The notes below the pieces were generated by a model. The model saw nothing but the letters and a program-made list of their open reading frames with translations, was not told the origin of the DNA and did no database searches. A stretch of 64,000 nt of DNA from an uncultured Bacilli bacterium (lineage in GTDB: Bacteria > Bacillota_I > Bacilli_A > RF39 > UBA660), in assembly GCA_947581835.1 (NCBI GenBank), contig CANPVV010000001.1:9685-73684 (forward strand). The letters run 5' to 3'. Shown here in pieces: positions 1 to 8,619 of this stretch. Made by a program: the position numbers and the translations under genes. Within the stretch, counting starts at the first letter, position 1; each line of letters begins with the position of its first letter.

Positions 1-737
1 AAAAGAGGTGCCACAAAATCATTATCTAAAGTTCTACTATATCTAATCGGATAATATCCTTTATTAACCATTTCTTCACATTTACTATCCACCATATAAT
101 TTTCACCACAAGAATAAACATCAGGTTTATAATCATTTTGAACTCTGATATAAGATTTACTATCACTATTAACTGTAAAATATAAATTAGATACTTTAAC
201 AAATGGAAACAAACATAATACAATTAAAACAACTACTATTGTTCCCATAAAATTACCCGCTAAACTAATTCCTAATACACTTAACAAAAACACAAAAACA
301 TAAGCTACTAAGAAAAAGATAAAATAGTCTATTATTAAAGGAAAAGGTATTACTAAACTACTAAATATATTAAATAAGAAAAAGATAAATGAATTAAGTA
401 AAATAAACAATGTTAATACTCCCATTCCTCCTAATATATTTGTAATATATATCGTTTTTCTGGAAATTGGTTTAGCTAAAACAAAATCTACACTCTTTCT
501 TTTATATACAAATCCTAACAATGTTAAAGCAAGTAACACTGGAATCACATACATTCCTAAAAAAGTAACTACACTTATATTCTGAAAATCTAAAACGGCA
601 ATATCTCCTTTAAGATCTATTAAACCAACAATTAATACTAAAATATTAATTAAAGGTATAACCCCTAAAAAGAAAGCTAATAAACCCTTTGATTTTCGTA
701 AATTTTCTTTAAAATAATCTTTATTAAATAATTTCAT
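1..737 (-). CDS. ABC-2-type transporter permease; N-terminal part only, the 3' end lies beyond the left window edge
   Basis: This ORF is absent from the ORF track because it has no stop inside the window. I checked every reverse-strand codon from ATG 737-735 down to position 3 and found no stop. The translation begins MKLFNKDYFKENLRKSKGLLAFFLGVIPLINILVLIVG and contains several long hydrophobic segments. The start overlaps the last 14 nt of the ABC ATPase gene. Confidence 0.6.
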   Translation of the reverse strand, partial: MKLFNKDYFKENLRKSKGLLAFFLGVIPLINILVLIVGLIDLKGDIAVLDFQNISVVTFLGMYVIPVLLALTLLGFVYKRKSVDFVLAKPISRKTIYITNILGGMGVLTLFILLNSFIFFLFNIFSSLVIPFPLIIDYFIFFLVAYVFVFLLSVLGISLAGNFMGTIVVVLIVLCLFPFVKVSNLYFTVNSDSKSYIRVQNDYKPDVYSCGENYMVDSKCEEMVNKGYYPIRYSRTLDNDFVAPL

Positions 738-1623
738 TAAACTCATAACCTAAGGCCTCCATTTGATATATAAATACTTCTTCTAAAGTAAGAGGTAAAT
801 AATCTAATATAATAGGTTTTAAACTCTCTAAAACTTTTCTACTATCTTTTTCATTTTCTTCAATAATTAATGTTGCAATACTTCCAATCTTCTTATAAGA
901 AAGAATTTTTAACCCCTTAAATGTTTGTTTATTAAAATCTCCTTTTAAACTAATCTGAACTTTAAACATATTAGTTTTTAAAGTATCTATATCACTTTCA
1001 AATAATATTTTCCCTTTATAAAGTAAACCTAAATTATCACATATATCTTCTAATTCTCTTAAATTATGACTAGTCATAATAATTGTTGTTTTATTTTTCT
1101 CCATCATATCCGCTAATAAACTTTTAAAAAACTTTCTAACAACTGGATCTAATCCATCAAAAGTTTCATCAAAAAGCATATATTTAGCCTTTGTTGCTAA
1201 AGCAACAATTAAAGCACACTGTCTTTTCATTCCTTTAGAAAAAGAACTAAGTTTAGCATTTATATCAAGCTTTAATTTATTAGCTACATTTATGACATAG
1301 TTTATATCAAACTTTTTATATAAACTCTCATAATAAAGTGCCATATCCATCAAACTATAATTAGGATAAAAAAATAAATCATCAGGGACAAACACTAAAT
1401 TTTGTTTTACTTTTTCATTATCAAAAGCATCCATTCCATCAATATAAATTGACCCACTATCGGGCTTATAAATACTATTAATTAATCTAAGTAATGTTGA
1501 CTTACCAGCTCCATTAGCTCCCACTAAACCATAGATATGAGCCTCATTAATTGTACAATTAAGATTTTCTAATACATACTTATTCTTAATAAAGTATTTA
1601 CTTAAATTTTTAATTTCAATCAT
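724..1623 (-). CDS. ABC transporter ATP-binding protein
   Basis: Walker A GANGAGKST, an ABC signature-like SKGMKRQ and Walker B MLFDETFDGLD. A GGAG-type RBS lies upstream of the start. Confidence 0.9.
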   Translation of the reverse strand: MIEIKNLSKYFIKNKYVLENLNCTINEAHIYGLVGANGAGKSTLLRLINSIYKPDSGSIYIDGMDAFDNEKVKQNLVFVPDDLFFYPNYSLMDMALYYESLYKKFDINYVINVANKLKLDINAKLSSFSKGMKRQCALIVALATKAKYMLFDETFDGLDPVVRKFFKSLLADMMEKNKTTIIMTSHNLRELEDICDNLGLLYKGKILFESDIDTLKTNMFKVQISLKGDFNKQTFKGLKILSYKKIGSIATLIIEENEKDSRKVLESLKPIILDYLPLTLEEVFIYQMEALGYEFNEII

Positions 1624-1642
1624 CTCTAACTCCTTTTCTATA

Positions 1643-1665
1643 TTGTACTATTTGTACTAGTACAA
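1643..1665. promoter_or_regulatory. Candidate operator: perfect 14-bp palindrome TTGTACTAGTACAA preceded by an extra TTGTACTA half-site
   Basis: The palindrome at 1652-1665 and the half-site at 1643-1650 lie about 30-40 nt upstream of the ABC ATPase start, inside its promoter/5'-UTR region. GT..AC palindromes of this kind are typical of GntR/YtrA-type operators. No regulator gene is visible nearby. Confidence 0.4.
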
Positions 1666-1748
1666 TTAAAATATATCACATATCTTAATATTATGCAAGT
1701 CTAAAAAATATATTTTAAAAAAAAGAATATTAATTTGACAATATAATA

Positions 1749-1774
1749 AAAGTAGACTTATATTTGTCTACTTT
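1749..1774 (-). terminator. Rho-independent terminator after the YbjQ-family gene
   Basis: The AAAGTAGAC / GTCTACTTT stem (9 bp) is followed on the minus strand by TTTTATTAT. Confidence 0.6.
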
Positions 1775-1780
1775 CATTAA

Positions 1781-2104
1781 TTAATTCTTACTCTTAACTT
1801 TAACTGCCGTACCATATGCGATAACCTCAGCTGCTCCACTCATAACTGCCGAAGAACCATATCTAATATTTATTACTGCATCAGCTCCTAAACTTGTAGC
1901 CTCATCTACCATTCTTTTAGTTGCTATTTGTCTTGCCATTACCAACATATCAGTATATCCAACAATTTCTCCACCTACAATTGTTTTCATTCCTGCCATA
2001 AAATCTCTTCCTATATTCTTAGACTGAACTACTGTTCCCTTAACTAACCCCAAAACCTCCGTAATTTCTTCATTTGGTAAATAATCAATATTTACAAGCT
2101 TCAT
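1781..2104 (-). CDS. YbjQ/UPF0145 family protein (putative heavy-metal-binding domain)
   Basis: At 107 aa, the pattern GxV..S....RD....K...GGE...Y......AR..A...M...A...GA.AV...R is typical of the YbjQ family. The gene overlaps the upstream MerR gene by 20 nt. Confidence 0.75.
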   Translation of the reverse strand: MKLVNIDYLPNEEITEVLGLVKGTVVQSKNIGRDFMAGMKTIVGGEIVGYTDMLVMARQIATKRMVDEATSLGADAVINIRYGSSAVMSGAAEVIAYGTAVKVKSKN

Positions 2105-2726
2105 CTTCTTCTCCTCCTCTAATCTCTTTAATTCGACTAACTAAATTAATTATAATCCCGAGTATTGGTAATAAAAGTATCATTATTAAAAATATAAATA
2201 TCACCATTGGAATATTATCACTTTGTGTAATTTGAAAATAAGTCATAATCCCAATTATAAATCCAAAAAAACTAATAAATATCAAACTGGAAATTAAAGC
2301 TCCCCTAATCTTTTCTTTATGACTCTTTTTAATATCTTCACTCATATAATTTTTATCTCCAAAACTATTAACTATCATTTGATATTCTCTAACGTCTAAT
2401 TCTTCATAATCTTTATCATCACTAGCAAGCATCTCGCAAACATTTTTAATCTTCTCATAACTTTTTTCTTTTTCTTCTATTTTTCGTAATCTCTCTTCCA
2501 TACACTCCTTCATTCTTAAATCTTTTCTCTTTAATTTTTTAATCTCTAAAACTGGTACCTCTAATTCCCTTAAAAACTTAATCAATTCTAAATTCTTAAT
2601 ATCTTCTTGATTATATTCTCGGTAATCATTACTGCATCTTTTTGGATTAAGTAACCCCATATCTTCATAATATCTAATACTTTTTTTCGTTAAACCTGTA
2701 ATTCTTGAAACCTCATGTATTTTCAT
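2085..2726 (-). CDS. MerR-family transcriptional regulator with a C-terminal membrane-spanning region
   Basis: The N-terminal MKIHEVSRITGLTKKSIRYYEDMGLL is a MerR HTH. It is followed by a coiled-coil segment and then two hydrophobic stretches (LISSLIFISFFGFIIGIMTYF and IPMVIFIFLIMILLLPILGIIINLV). Confidence 0.85.
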   Translation of the reverse strand: MKIHEVSRITGLTKKSIRYYEDMGLLNPKRCSNDYREYNQEDIKNLELIKFLRELEVPVLEIKKLKRKDLRMKECMEERLRKIEEKEKSYEKIKNVCEMLASDDKDYEELDVREYQMIVNSFGDKNYMSEDIKKSHKEKIRGALISSLIFISFFGFIIGIMTYFQITQSDNIPMVIFIFLIMILLLPILGIIINLVSRIKEIRGGEEDEACKY

Positions 2727-2746
2727 TTTTTCCTCCCTTCAATATA

Positions 2747-2777
2747 ACTATAGACTATTACCTAAGGTTAAAGTCAA
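2747..2777 (-). promoter_or_regulatory. MerR-type promoter: TTGACT, 19-bp spacer, TATAGT
   Basis: On the minus strand the sequence reads TTGACT (2777-2772), a 19-nt spacer containing the dyad ACCT-T-AGGT, then TATAGT (2752-2747). This sits about 20 nt upstream of the merR-like ATG. An over-long 19-bp spacer is the hallmark of MerR-regulated promoters. Confidence 0.5.
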
Positions 2778-2828
2778 GAAAAAAAGATAACAAATTTCCA
2801 TTTATTATCCAAATATTTATTATTAAAC

Positions 2829-3470
2829 TTATTTTTCACTTTTTTTAACTGTTTGTTCATCAAGTGGTAACTTTAAATCAATAACTCTTGTTCCTGCCAA
2901 AATATCATGTAATCCTCTTCCATTAGTATTAAATAAAATCATTAAAGTTATTATAATAGATAATATACTATCTAAATTTGAACCAATCGTATAAACTCTA
3001 TAATAAGTACTAGCTTTAAAACATATTCCTACTAATATAAATAAGTTTAATATAACGCCATAAAGAATAAATGCTCTAATAAAATAATTATACCATTTAA
3101 GTTCTTTATCCTCTTTATTACTAACTATTTTTAAACCTAACATTTTCTTTCCTAAAGTCTGCCCTTTAGTAATAGTTGTAAACACTCCAAAATATAAGAA
3201 TATTACAATTATATCTCCAATAATATATACATAACCATTTTTATTTAATTTATAACTATACTCCTTAGCTTTTTCATTAAATTCTTCAATCTCTATTTCT
3301 TTATCATAATATTTTTGAGCTACTTCTGTATATTCATCAGAATATTTTACATAATTATCATACTTTGGATTAATAAAAGATATTCTTGTCATAGCAACCG
3401 ATACTAAAGATATAACTAATAAATCAATTAAATAAGCCCCTACTCTTTTAAAAATAATTGAACCTTTCAA
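2829..3470 (-). CDS. RDD-family membrane protein
   Basis: RVGAYLIDLLV at the N-terminus, GQTLGKKMLGLKIV, and a terminal RGLHDILAGTRVI match the RDD family pattern. There are multiple TM segments. Confidence 0.7.
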   Translation of the reverse strand: MKGSIIFKRVGAYLIDLLVISLVSVAMTRISFINPKYDNYVKYSDEYTEVAQKYYDKEIEIEEFNEKAKEYSYKLNKNGYVYIIGDIIVIFLYFGVFTTITKGQTLGKKMLGLKIVSNKEDKELKWYNYFIRAFILYGVILNLFILVGICFKASTYYRVYTIGSNLDSILSIIITLMILFNTNGRGLHDILAGTRVIDLKLPLDEQTVKKSEK

Positions 3471-3520
3471 ACAATCTCATCTCCTACAATTAATTATAAT
3501 ATTTTTTTTAACTAAAGTAA

Positions 3521-3550
3521 ACAAAAAGAGCAAAGATTAAATCTTTACTC
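3521..3550 (-). terminator. Orphan minus-strand terminator hairpin with no gene upstream of it
   Basis: Read on the minus strand, the GAGTAAAG / CTTTGCTC stem is followed by TTTTTGTTT. The hairpin plus the adjacent box CTTTACTCATGTAATATA (3543-3560) recurs at 19037-19069, downstream of paralogue C. Confidence 0.45.
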
Positions 3551-3727
3551 ATGTAATATACTAATGCAAAAGAAATACTTACTCTAATTAATAAACATAG
3601 CTTACTTATCCCATTTTATTAGAAATTTATAGTATTTTTGTCTTCAATATATTATAATAATCTCGTAGATATTTATTAAGTTCCAAAACAATATATTTTA
3701 TAGTAACCTTTATAAAGGAGGAAAAAT

Positions 3728-3946
3728 ATGAAACTTATAGCTAATGATTATGAACCTAAAGAAACTTTTAAAATTATTAGAGAATGGACTAACTTAACCC
3801 AAGAAGAACTTGCCAAAGAATTACACCGCAAAAGCCGACATGGAATTAAAAATATAGAAATGGGAACTAATAAATTTTACTTTGACACAATATTAGAAAT
3901 ATGTAAAAAACATAATATAACCATTACTTTTGAAAAGAAAAGTTAA
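3728..3946 (+). CDS. Small HTH (XRE-like) protein, tandem paralogue 1
   Basis: Strong RBS AAAGGAGG. The 72-aa product contains LTQEELAKEL in an HTH-like core. It is clearly homologous along its whole length to the next ORF. Confidence 0.65.
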   Translation: MKLIANDYEPKETFKIIREWTNLTQEELAKELHRKSRHGIKNIEMGTNKFYFDTILEICKKHNITITFEKKS

Positions 3947-3987
3947 AATCATTTTTAAACACAATATTTAAAGGAGAAAAAGATTAC

Positions 3988-4200
3988 ATGAAACTAACTG
4001 CTAATGATTACGAACCAAAATATGTTTTTAAAATCTTAAGAGAATGGACTAACTTAACTCAAGAAGAACTTGCTAAAGAACTAAATATGAGTAAATTTGG
4101 TTTAAAAAAATATGAAAATGGCGAAAACCGTTTTTATTATGAGACCATCTTAAAAATCTGTAAAAAACATAATATAACTATTACTTTTGAAAAACAATAA
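3988..4200 (+). CDS. Small HTH (XRE-like) protein, tandem paralogue 2
   Basis: RBS AAAGGAGA. The 70-aa product shares MKL.ANDYEPK..FKI.REWTNLTQEELAKEL....ICKKHNITITFEK with the preceding ORF. Confidence 0.65.
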   Translation: MKLTANDYEPKYVFKILREWTNLTQEELAKELNMSKFGLKKYENGENRFYYETILKICKKHNITITFEKQ

Positions 4201-4203
4201 AAC

Positions 4204-4230
4204 CAGTATCGCTACTGATTTTTTTGTTTT
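4204..4230 (+). terminator. Weak Rho-independent terminator after the tandem HTH genes
   Basis: A CAGTA-TCGC-TACTG hairpin is followed by ATTTTTTTGTTTTT. The stem is short (5 bp). Confidence 0.4.
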
Positions 4231-4401
4231 TAATAAAATAATAAAGCGTTAAAGCTATCTACTTTATTCTCCCTAAACAGGATTTTTTTAAAGAAAGAAG
4301 TGTTATGATATTAGTGAGCTAAAATCAATTTCTAAAATAGATATCTTATAACGCTCTACTAAACTAAGTCTAACACAAAATTATAAAATTTACAATCACT
4401 T

Positions 4402-5829
4402 TTAATTATTTATTCTATGATGCATTGTAGGTGAATCCATTGTTAATGCTCTAAAAGTATAACCTCTTGCTAAAGCATAAATTATTACTTCTTCTACTGC
4501 ATTAACACTAAATCCCTTTATATCATGCTGTAAAACTACATATGTACTACCACTACCTAAACTACTTGTAATATTTTTAACAACCTGAGCCGTACTTGTA
4601 GTCTCTCCCGCATCTCCACTTGAAACATTCCAATCAAAATATCTAAACCCTTTAGCCTCCACTGCTTTTGTTAACTCACTCATAATATGAGCTCCTCCAT
4701 CATAATCCTTACTTATTGTATTAGAACTTCCTCCCGGAAATCTAATGATCATTGAAGTATAACCAGTAATTCTTTTTACTTTCTCCTGTATCGCATATAA
4801 ATCATCAAAATAAGTATCTACATTTGTATATATATTATAATTATGAGTATTAGTATGTAACCCAATTGTATGTCCTTCTTGATACGCTCTTAAAATCATT
4901 GCATCATAACCTTTAGTAAGAGCCTGATTAGTTACAAAAAATGTTGCTGGTACCTCATATTTTTTTAATACGTCTAAAAGTTTCTCAGTATAAGGTCCTG
5001 GTCCATCATCAAAAGTTAAATATATACTCTTACCTGTTGGAGCACTATAATTATTTTGTGCATAAACATATATTTTTCGCGTAACACTTTTAGTATTATC
5101 ACTACTATCACTTATCCTATAAGTTAAAGTGTATTCTCCACTTTTAGTAGTATCTACCTCTCCCTCAATTTCAATTTTACTACTTATATCTCCTTCACAA
5201 TTATCTGTTGCTTTAGCACCTAACTCCTGATATGTTCCATTAAGTTTTACATAAAGAGTTGCATCTCCATTTAATGTTATCGTGGGTTCCTCATCATCTA
5301 TAAAATTAACCTCTCTTGTAATCTTAGCCACATTTCCTGAACTATCACTTACCTTAAATAATACTTGATCTCCCTCTAAAGTCTGCTCTACTCTACTACT
5401 AATATCCCCCTCATAATCATCTATAGCCTCAACCGGAAAATTAACGTCTCTTTTATTTGGACAAACCTTAAAATCTTTATCTTCTACTGTAATTACTGGA
5501 GCCTCATTATCTTTTACTTTTACAATCTGTTCTTTAACCAAAGTTTTATCTTTATATTTATAAGTATAAATTAATTTATAATCTCCTAATTTAGAAGTAT
5601 CTACCTCTCCTGTCTTAATAACTGTTGTTTCCTTACAAGTAAACTTATTTCCAAAACAAACATTTCCCTTATCTTCTTTAAAAGTTGTATTAAAAGGTAC
5701 TTCTATAACCTCTTTAAAATCTTTTACTTGAAAATCCTTTAAAACCACAGTAAAAATAAAAACTGGTATTAAAATAATTCCTAAAACTCCTAAGCTCAAT
5801 AAAATTGTCATGGGTAACTTTTCTTTCAT
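4402..5829 (-). CDS. Membrane-anchored polysaccharide deacetylase (NodB homology domain) with Ig-like (DUF5011-type) repeats
   Basis: N-terminal TM segment, then two repeats of the pattern D.YEGDIS..V....G.Y...Y.VSDSSGN. The C-terminal part has IYLTFDDGP and GLHTNTHNY deacetylase motifs. Confidence 0.85.
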   Translation of the reverse strand: MKEKLPMTILLSLGVLGIILIPVFIFTVVLKDFQVKDFKEVIEVPFNTTFKEDKGNVCFGNKFTCKETTVIKTGEVDTSKLGDYKLIYTYKYKDKTLVKEQIVKVKDNEAPVITVEDKDFKVCPNKRDVNFPVEAIDDYEGDISSRVEQTLEGDQVLFKVSDSSGNVAKITREVNFIDDEEPTITLNGDATLYVKLNGTYQELGAKATDNCEGDISSKIEIEGEVDTTKSGEYTLTYRISDSSDNTKSVTRKIYVYAQNNYSAPTGKSIYLTFDDGPGPYTEKLLDVLKKYEVPATFFVTNQALTKGYDAMILRAYQEGHTIGLHTNTHNYNIYTNVDTYFDDLYAIQEKVKRITGYTSMIIRFPGGSSNTISKDYDGGAHIMSELTKAVEAKGFRYFDWNVSSGDAGETTSTAQVVKNITSSLGSGSTYVVLQHDIKGFSVNAVEEVIIYALARGYTFRALTMDSPTMHHRINN

Positions 5830-5918
5830 AACAATCCACCTTCAACTAAACTTATTATACTACAAATTATTTAGATATGCTATTTGAAAACTAAAAAAAT
5901 TATTCATTTAACATATAT

Positions 5919-6743
5919 TTAATTATCATAAGTATCTAAAAAACTCTGATACTCCCCATCTTTCTTAATACCTAAAACACAATTTAAATTAATATTATCC
6001 ATCGCTTTAAATATATTATAATCTATATCTTTATCTTTTTTAATTAATATATTAACTAACTCTTTAATCTCTTTTCTCTTACTTTCAATTATTTTTTCTT
6101 TATTTTCTTCGGTAAATCTACAAGCACAATTAATAAACTCTAAATTATTATAATTCATAAAATCAATTATTGCTTCTTCTTTAACTAAATAAAGTGGTCT
6201 AATAAGCTCTAACCCCTTAAAGTTTTCACTATGTAACTTTGGCAACATAGTTTTAACCTCTGCTCCATAAAACATTGATAACAAAGTAGTTTCAATAACG
6301 TCATTAAAATGATGCCCCAAAGCAATCTTATTACAACCCAACTCTTGAGCTTTATTATATAAATGTCCTCTTCGCATTTTTGCACATAAATAACAAGCTT
6401 TCTTTGTATCTATATTCTTAACTATCTCAAATATATCACTTTGAAATACCTCTAAAGGAATATTTAACTTTTTAGCATTATTCTTTATTAACTCTAAATT
6501 TTCTTTATTATAACCCGGATCCATCAAAACATAATAAGCATCAAAATTAATCTTTCCATGTCTTTTTAACTCTTGAATACACTTAGCAAGCAAAAAAGAA
6601 TCTTTACCTCCACTTATACATACCATTATTCTATCATTTTCTTTTATTAACTCATAATCATTTACAGCTTTAATAAACCTACTCCAAATAGTTTTTCTAA
6701 ACTTTTTAATAATACTTCTTTCTATTTCTTGATACTGTTCCAC
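5919..6743 (-). CDS. PP-loop ATPase, tRNA 2-thiocytidine synthase (TtcA)-like
   Basis: SGGKDS PP-loop and cysteine motifs (CYLCAKMRRG, CAC). Apparent GTG start. Confidence 0.75.
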   Translation of the reverse strand: MEQYQEIERSIIKKFRKTIWSRFIKAVNDYELIKENDRIMVCISGGKDSFLLAKCIQELKRHGKINFDAYYVLMDPGYNKENLELIKNNAKKLNIPLEVFQSDIFEIVKNIDTKKACYLCAKMRRGHLYNKAQELGCNKIALGHHFNDVIETTLLSMFYGAEVKTMLPKLHSENFKGLELIRPLYLVKEEAIIDFMNYNNLEFINCACRFTEENKEKIIESKRKEIKELVNILIKKDKDIDYNIFKAMDNINLNCVLGIKKDGEYQSFLDTYDN

Positions 6744-6853
6744 AATCTATCACTCCTACTTATTATTACCAGTTAAACACGAAATCTTCTTGTTTATTTA
6801 TCTATTTCTCTAATTTATTTTTTCAAGTACACTCCAATTTTTATAATAATCTC

Positions 6854-7147
6854 TTATTTCATTCTCCCAATCAAATCCATAATTTCCTCAACTATTTCTT
6901 CATTACCAGCTTTTATTTCTTCTCCAACACACGTAGATAAATGCTCTTTTAAAATATTATTAGCAATACTTCCCAAAGAATTTTTAATCGCTGCAATCTG
7001 AATTAATAAATCATCACAATATCGATCACAACTTATCATATTAGCAACCCCTCTTACTTGCCCCTCAATTACTTTTAATCTCTTAATTAAATAAGCCTTT
7101 TCTTCTTCATTTCTTTTCTTTGCTCTAACACACGTTTTTGAATTCAT
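6854..7147 (-). CDS. CsoR/RcnR/FrmR-family metal-sensing transcriptional repressor
   Basis: At 97 aa, RLKVIEGQVRGVANM....C.D.L.Q..A...........L..H...C is the typical DUF156/CsoR pattern. Confidence 0.85.
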   Translation of the reverse strand: MNSKTCVRAKKRNEEEKAYLIKRLKVIEGQVRGVANMISCDRYCDDLLIQIAAIKNSLGSIANNILKEHLSTCVGEEIKAGNEEIVEEIMDLIGRMK

Positions 7148-7174
7148 TTCTCATCACCTAAATATCATTATAAC

Positions 7175-7187
7175 ACCCCTATGGGGT
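7175..7187. promoter_or_regulatory. CsoR-box-like GC-rich dyad ACCCC-TAT-GGGGT
   Basis: This is the only GC-rich dyad in the 80-bp region upstream of the CsoR-family gene. On the minus strand it is immediately followed by GTTATAATG, a -10 element. It resembles known CsoR operators, which are C4-5/G4-5 dyads. Confidence 0.5.
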
Positions 7188-7226
7188 ATAGTCAAATAAA
7201 AAATAACCCATAAAAAAAGATTATTT

Positions 7227-8111
7227 CTAATCTATTTCAATTAGTTCATAATCTCTTGTACCAATATTTAAACTATCACTTGCATATACCGTTATATATC
7301 GGCCATTCTGTCTTTCTATCCTCTCTACTAAATGATCCCGTCCTTTATCTTTGGAATTATAAACCAAATCTAAACAAGCCTCATCTACTGCCACTGGATC
7401 TAAACTAGCCAAAACACCTATATCTTCCATGCATGGATCTTCGGGATTTGAATCACAATCACAATCAACTGATAAATTATTCATAACATTTATATAAACA
7501 ATATTATTATGCATAAAGTCCATTACACTGCTTGATGCCTCAGCCATAGACTCTAAAAATGCATTCTGTTCTGGTAAATTACCCCATAATTCATTTGGAC
7601 TATCTACTTTATTTGCCGTATGAATTCTTGTTTTTCCCGCACTTGATGCCACTCCAATACTCATATTTTTTAATGCTCCTCCAAAGCCACCCATCGCATG
7701 ACCTTTAAAATGGGAAAGCATAACCATACTATCATAATTAGCTAAATCTTTACCTACTAAATTCTCTTTCAAATGTTTTCCATTTCTAACCGGTATTCCT
7801 AAACTTCCATCTCTATCCATTATATCAACATTAGCAATATCATAAAAACCATGAGCTTTAATAGTTTTCTCGTGTTCCTCTGTTGTATTTCTCTTTCCAG
7901 CATAAGCTGTATTACACTCTACAATTGTTCCATTTAATTTTTCTACTAAATCTTTAATTAATTCTGGTTTTAAATAATTATGTCCTCCCATTTCTCCTGT
8001 CGAAATCTTAATAGCTACCTTTCCCTCCAACGGTTTATTTAAAATCTCATACATTTTAACTAAACTCTTTGGACTAATTTCTTTTGTAAAATATACTTTT
8101 GCTTTTTCCAT
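7227..8111 (-). CDS. DUF362-domain protein (putative Fe-S protein)
   Basis: VAIKISTGE..G.NYL.P and SHFKGHAMGGFGGALKNMSIG match my recollection of DUF362. A Cys-rich CDCDSNPEDPC stretch is present. Confidence 0.6.
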   Translation of the reverse strand: MEKAKVYFTKEISPKSLVKMYEILNKPLEGKVAIKISTGEMGGHNYLKPELIKDLVEKLNGTIVECNTAYAGKRNTTEEHEKTIKAHGFYDIANVDIMDRDGSLGIPVRNGKHLKENLVGKDLANYDSMVMLSHFKGHAMGGFGGALKNMSIGVASSAGKTRIHTANKVDSPNELWGNLPEQNAFLESMAEASSSVMDFMHNNIVYINVMNNLSVDCDCDSNPEDPCMEDIGVLASLDPVAVDEACLDLVYNSKDKGRDHLVERIERQNGRYITVYASDSLNIGTRDYELIEID

Positions 8112-8163
8112 ATATCATTTCTCCTTATATATTTATTATATCAATTTTATACTAAAAAACCAA

Positions 8164-8616
8164 CTAAAAATTACCTTCTAACTCTAATAATCTAATTTTC
8201 ATATCTAAACCACCTCGAAAACCCCCTAAACTATTTACTCCTATAACTCGGTGGCAAGGAATCACTATTAGTATTTTATTATTATGACATACCTGTCCTA
8301 TTGCTCTAAAAGCTAAAGGACTATTAACCCTTAAAGCTAAAGTTTTATAACTAATCGTTTTTCCATAAGAAATATTCCTCATTTCTTCCCATACTCTTTT
8401 CTGAAAATCTGTTCCTTTTAATTTTATTGGTAAATCAAACTCTTTTCTTTTTCCTAAAAAATACTCCTCTAATTCCACTTTAGCCCTCTTTATTACTAAT
8501 GTTTCCTTTAACTCATAACCATTTATCTTATCAAGAGTAATATAAGTTATAAAACCATTTTCTTCTCCAATAAAGAATATATATTTATCTATTTTATATT
8601 TATAAAAAAAGCTCAT
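8164..8616 (-). CDS. ogt: Methylated-DNA--protein-cysteine methyltransferase
   Basis: IPCHRVIG active-site motif and a typical C-terminal DNA-binding domain. Confidence 0.85.
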   Translation of the reverse strand: MSFFYKYKIDKYIFFIGEENGFITYITLDKINGYELKETLVIKRAKVELEEYFLGKRKEFDLPIKLKGTDFQKRVWEEMRNISYGKTISYKTLALRVNSPLAFRAIGQVCHNNKILIVIPCHRVIGVNSLGGFRGGLDMKIRLLELEGNF

Positions 8617-8619
8617 TAT

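Noticed and set aside
26-223. A 65-aa minus-strand ORF at the left edge of the window.
   Set aside because: It lies in a different frame inside the permease ORF, which I verified to be open from 737 down to position 1. The permease frame gives a plausible membrane protein, and this one does not.
4246-4354. An imperfect inverted repeat, GCGTTAAAGCTATCT ... AGATATCTTATAACGC, enclosing ~80 nt downstream of the deacetylase gene; a possible structured RNA.
   Set aside because: The arms contain a mismatch and a bulge, and the interior has no further structure or ORF. The position fits a long-stem transcription terminator/3'-UTR of the deacetylase gene, so I do not find it distinctive enough.
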